DNA of 64,000 nucleotides from Mustelus asterias (taxonomy: Eukaryota), in the NCBI RefSeq assembly GCF_964213995.1, contig NC_135801.1, forward strand, positions 86,676,001 to 86,740,000, given 5' to 3'. A program made the position numbers and the translations under genes. Below, one piece after another: positions 62,451-64,000 of the stretch; position 1 is the first letter of the stretch; the number at the start of each line of letters is the position of its first letter. The notes beneath the pieces are model-generated. The model was given only the letters and a program-made list of their open reading frames with translations. It searched no databases and was not told the origin of the DNA.

Positions 62451-64000
62451 GTTGAATTTCAGTCCCAGACAACCATTTCCGGTTTAAGTGTCTGCAGATT
62501 GAGCAACTGGGACTCAGAGGTGCTAATCTGGAGTCCGAGCAGCAGACATTGCCCGGCACACACGAAATAGAAGCAGGAGTGGGTCACCAGATCCTTCAAG
62601 CCTACCCCGCCATTCAATACAATCATGGCTGATCCGTGCTGGCCTCATCAAGATAGGATGATAGTTACCCAGACATCTTCACCAGAATTTTTCCATCCCA
62701 CCCGCCATGGAAATCATGGAGGGTGGGGGACAGACCATGCAAAGGTCCGTTGATCTCGGGCAGGATTTTCCAGTTTTGGGGTGAGCGCAGTCAGAAAATC
62801 CACCTCTTGTTCTAGGAGGCAGTCACACCACTTGGATCAAGAGAAATTTTAGAGTTGATCAATTGTCAGAACTGGAGGTTGGGACTGCGAGTCAGGCAAG
62901 TATGGAGATCCAGCATGTAGTAATGAAAGAGCCTCAGTCCATAAATTTGACCAACAGGCACAGGATGCTTGCTAACTGTGTGAGTGAAAACAAGGACTGC
63001 TAGGTGGATGAGAAAACTGACATTGGCACCATGGTGCAGGATGACACTCAATTAGGGGCAGCAAAAAGTAATGCAGTAGTGATGGGGAAAGAGTATAGCC
63101 AGGGGATATAACATTATTTGCAGCCATGATCCTAAGCTCTGAAAATTGCGTTGCCTGCTCAGTACCTGGATTAAGGATATCTCCTCATGGCTGAAGACAA
63201 ACCTAGAAGGGAAGGGTCCAATTGCTATGGTCTATGTGGAAATCAACAACATAGGAAGAACTATGAATGATGTTCTGCTGTGAGAGTCTGAGGAGAAAGG
63301 ACCCAAATTAAAATGCAGAACTTCAAAGGAAATCATTTCGAGATTGTTACCTGAGCCACGTGCTAATTGGCATCGGGTCAAGCACTTTAGAGAATTAAAT
63401 ATGCAGCTTAAAGATTGGTGGGGAAGAAGGTTGTTAATTTCATTGGGCACTGGCAGCAATACTCAGGAAAGAAGAGCTGTTAAACTGGGCTGGGCTCAAT
63501 ATCCTGGCAAATTGAATTATTAGGGCTATGGACTGAAGGGTTGTCGGGAGAGGGTTCAGGTGAATCTGTCAATACAAGGGAAAAAGATGAGACAACAGAA
63601 GAGTGCAAAGATATGGGTAAAGACAAGCATAGTGAGACAGGAAGGGATAGAGAGCAGAATGGCAAAGGTGCATCAGCGATTAATAGGAGTAAAAACATAA
63701 AAAGTGAAGTTTCTTTATCTGAATGCACAGAGCATTCACTATAAGGTATATTAACCAATAGCACAAATAGAAATAAATAGTTTTGATTTAATTGCCATTA
63801 TAAAGACATGGTTGTATTATAAATGTCTGGCACATGTGGGGTTAATGTGGGACTGAGTACAGTACTGCCCACACAGTGATGTGGGAGAACACATGATCTG
63901 CACCTAGGGATCAGTGTAGTGTTGGACAGAGTCATGTGCACAAGCAAGCATGAAGACAGTTCCTCGCTTGATCCCCTTGTAGTATATACGTACACAGTTC

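Larger units (their letters stand above)
60480..63830 (+). mobile_element. Old CR1 5' region: ORF1 (Zn-finger, coiled-coil, esterase remnants) and start of ORF2, interrupted
   Basis: MAVLVIC (60526); PDNHFRFKCLQIEQLGLR..NLESE (62460); EAVTP; NLTNRH; GDS-like and GxND-like blocks; IISRLLPEPRA; LYLNAQSI (63713). Confidence 0.7.

Overview
Eukaryotic, repeat-dominated genomic DNA, most likely from a shark or other elasmobranch (HE1-type V-SINEs, shark-type CR1 LINEs). I cannot name any host gene; there is only a weak, phase-compatible chain of candidate minus-strand exons. The window is a nested collection of mobile elements: young and old CR1 LINEs, a second CR1/L2-clade LINE family, Rex1/Babar and RTE fragments, tRNA-derived SINEs with two different LINE-derived tails, decayed PIF/Harbinger transposons (Myb/SANT gene and DDE transposase remnants) with many MITEs, Penelope-like pieces with hammerhead-like cores, and two internally deleted Gypsy elements plus solo LTRs. 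The strongest signal is in the two Gypsy elements. Neither has a tRNA primer-binding site. Instead, the 15 nt after each 5' LTR are perfectly complementary to that LTR's own poly(A)-signal region, with compensatory base changes between the two subfamilies. This points to a self-priming and/or poly(A)-occluding RNA structure. Family names come from motif recognition, not database searches, and boundaries without a TSD are approximate.
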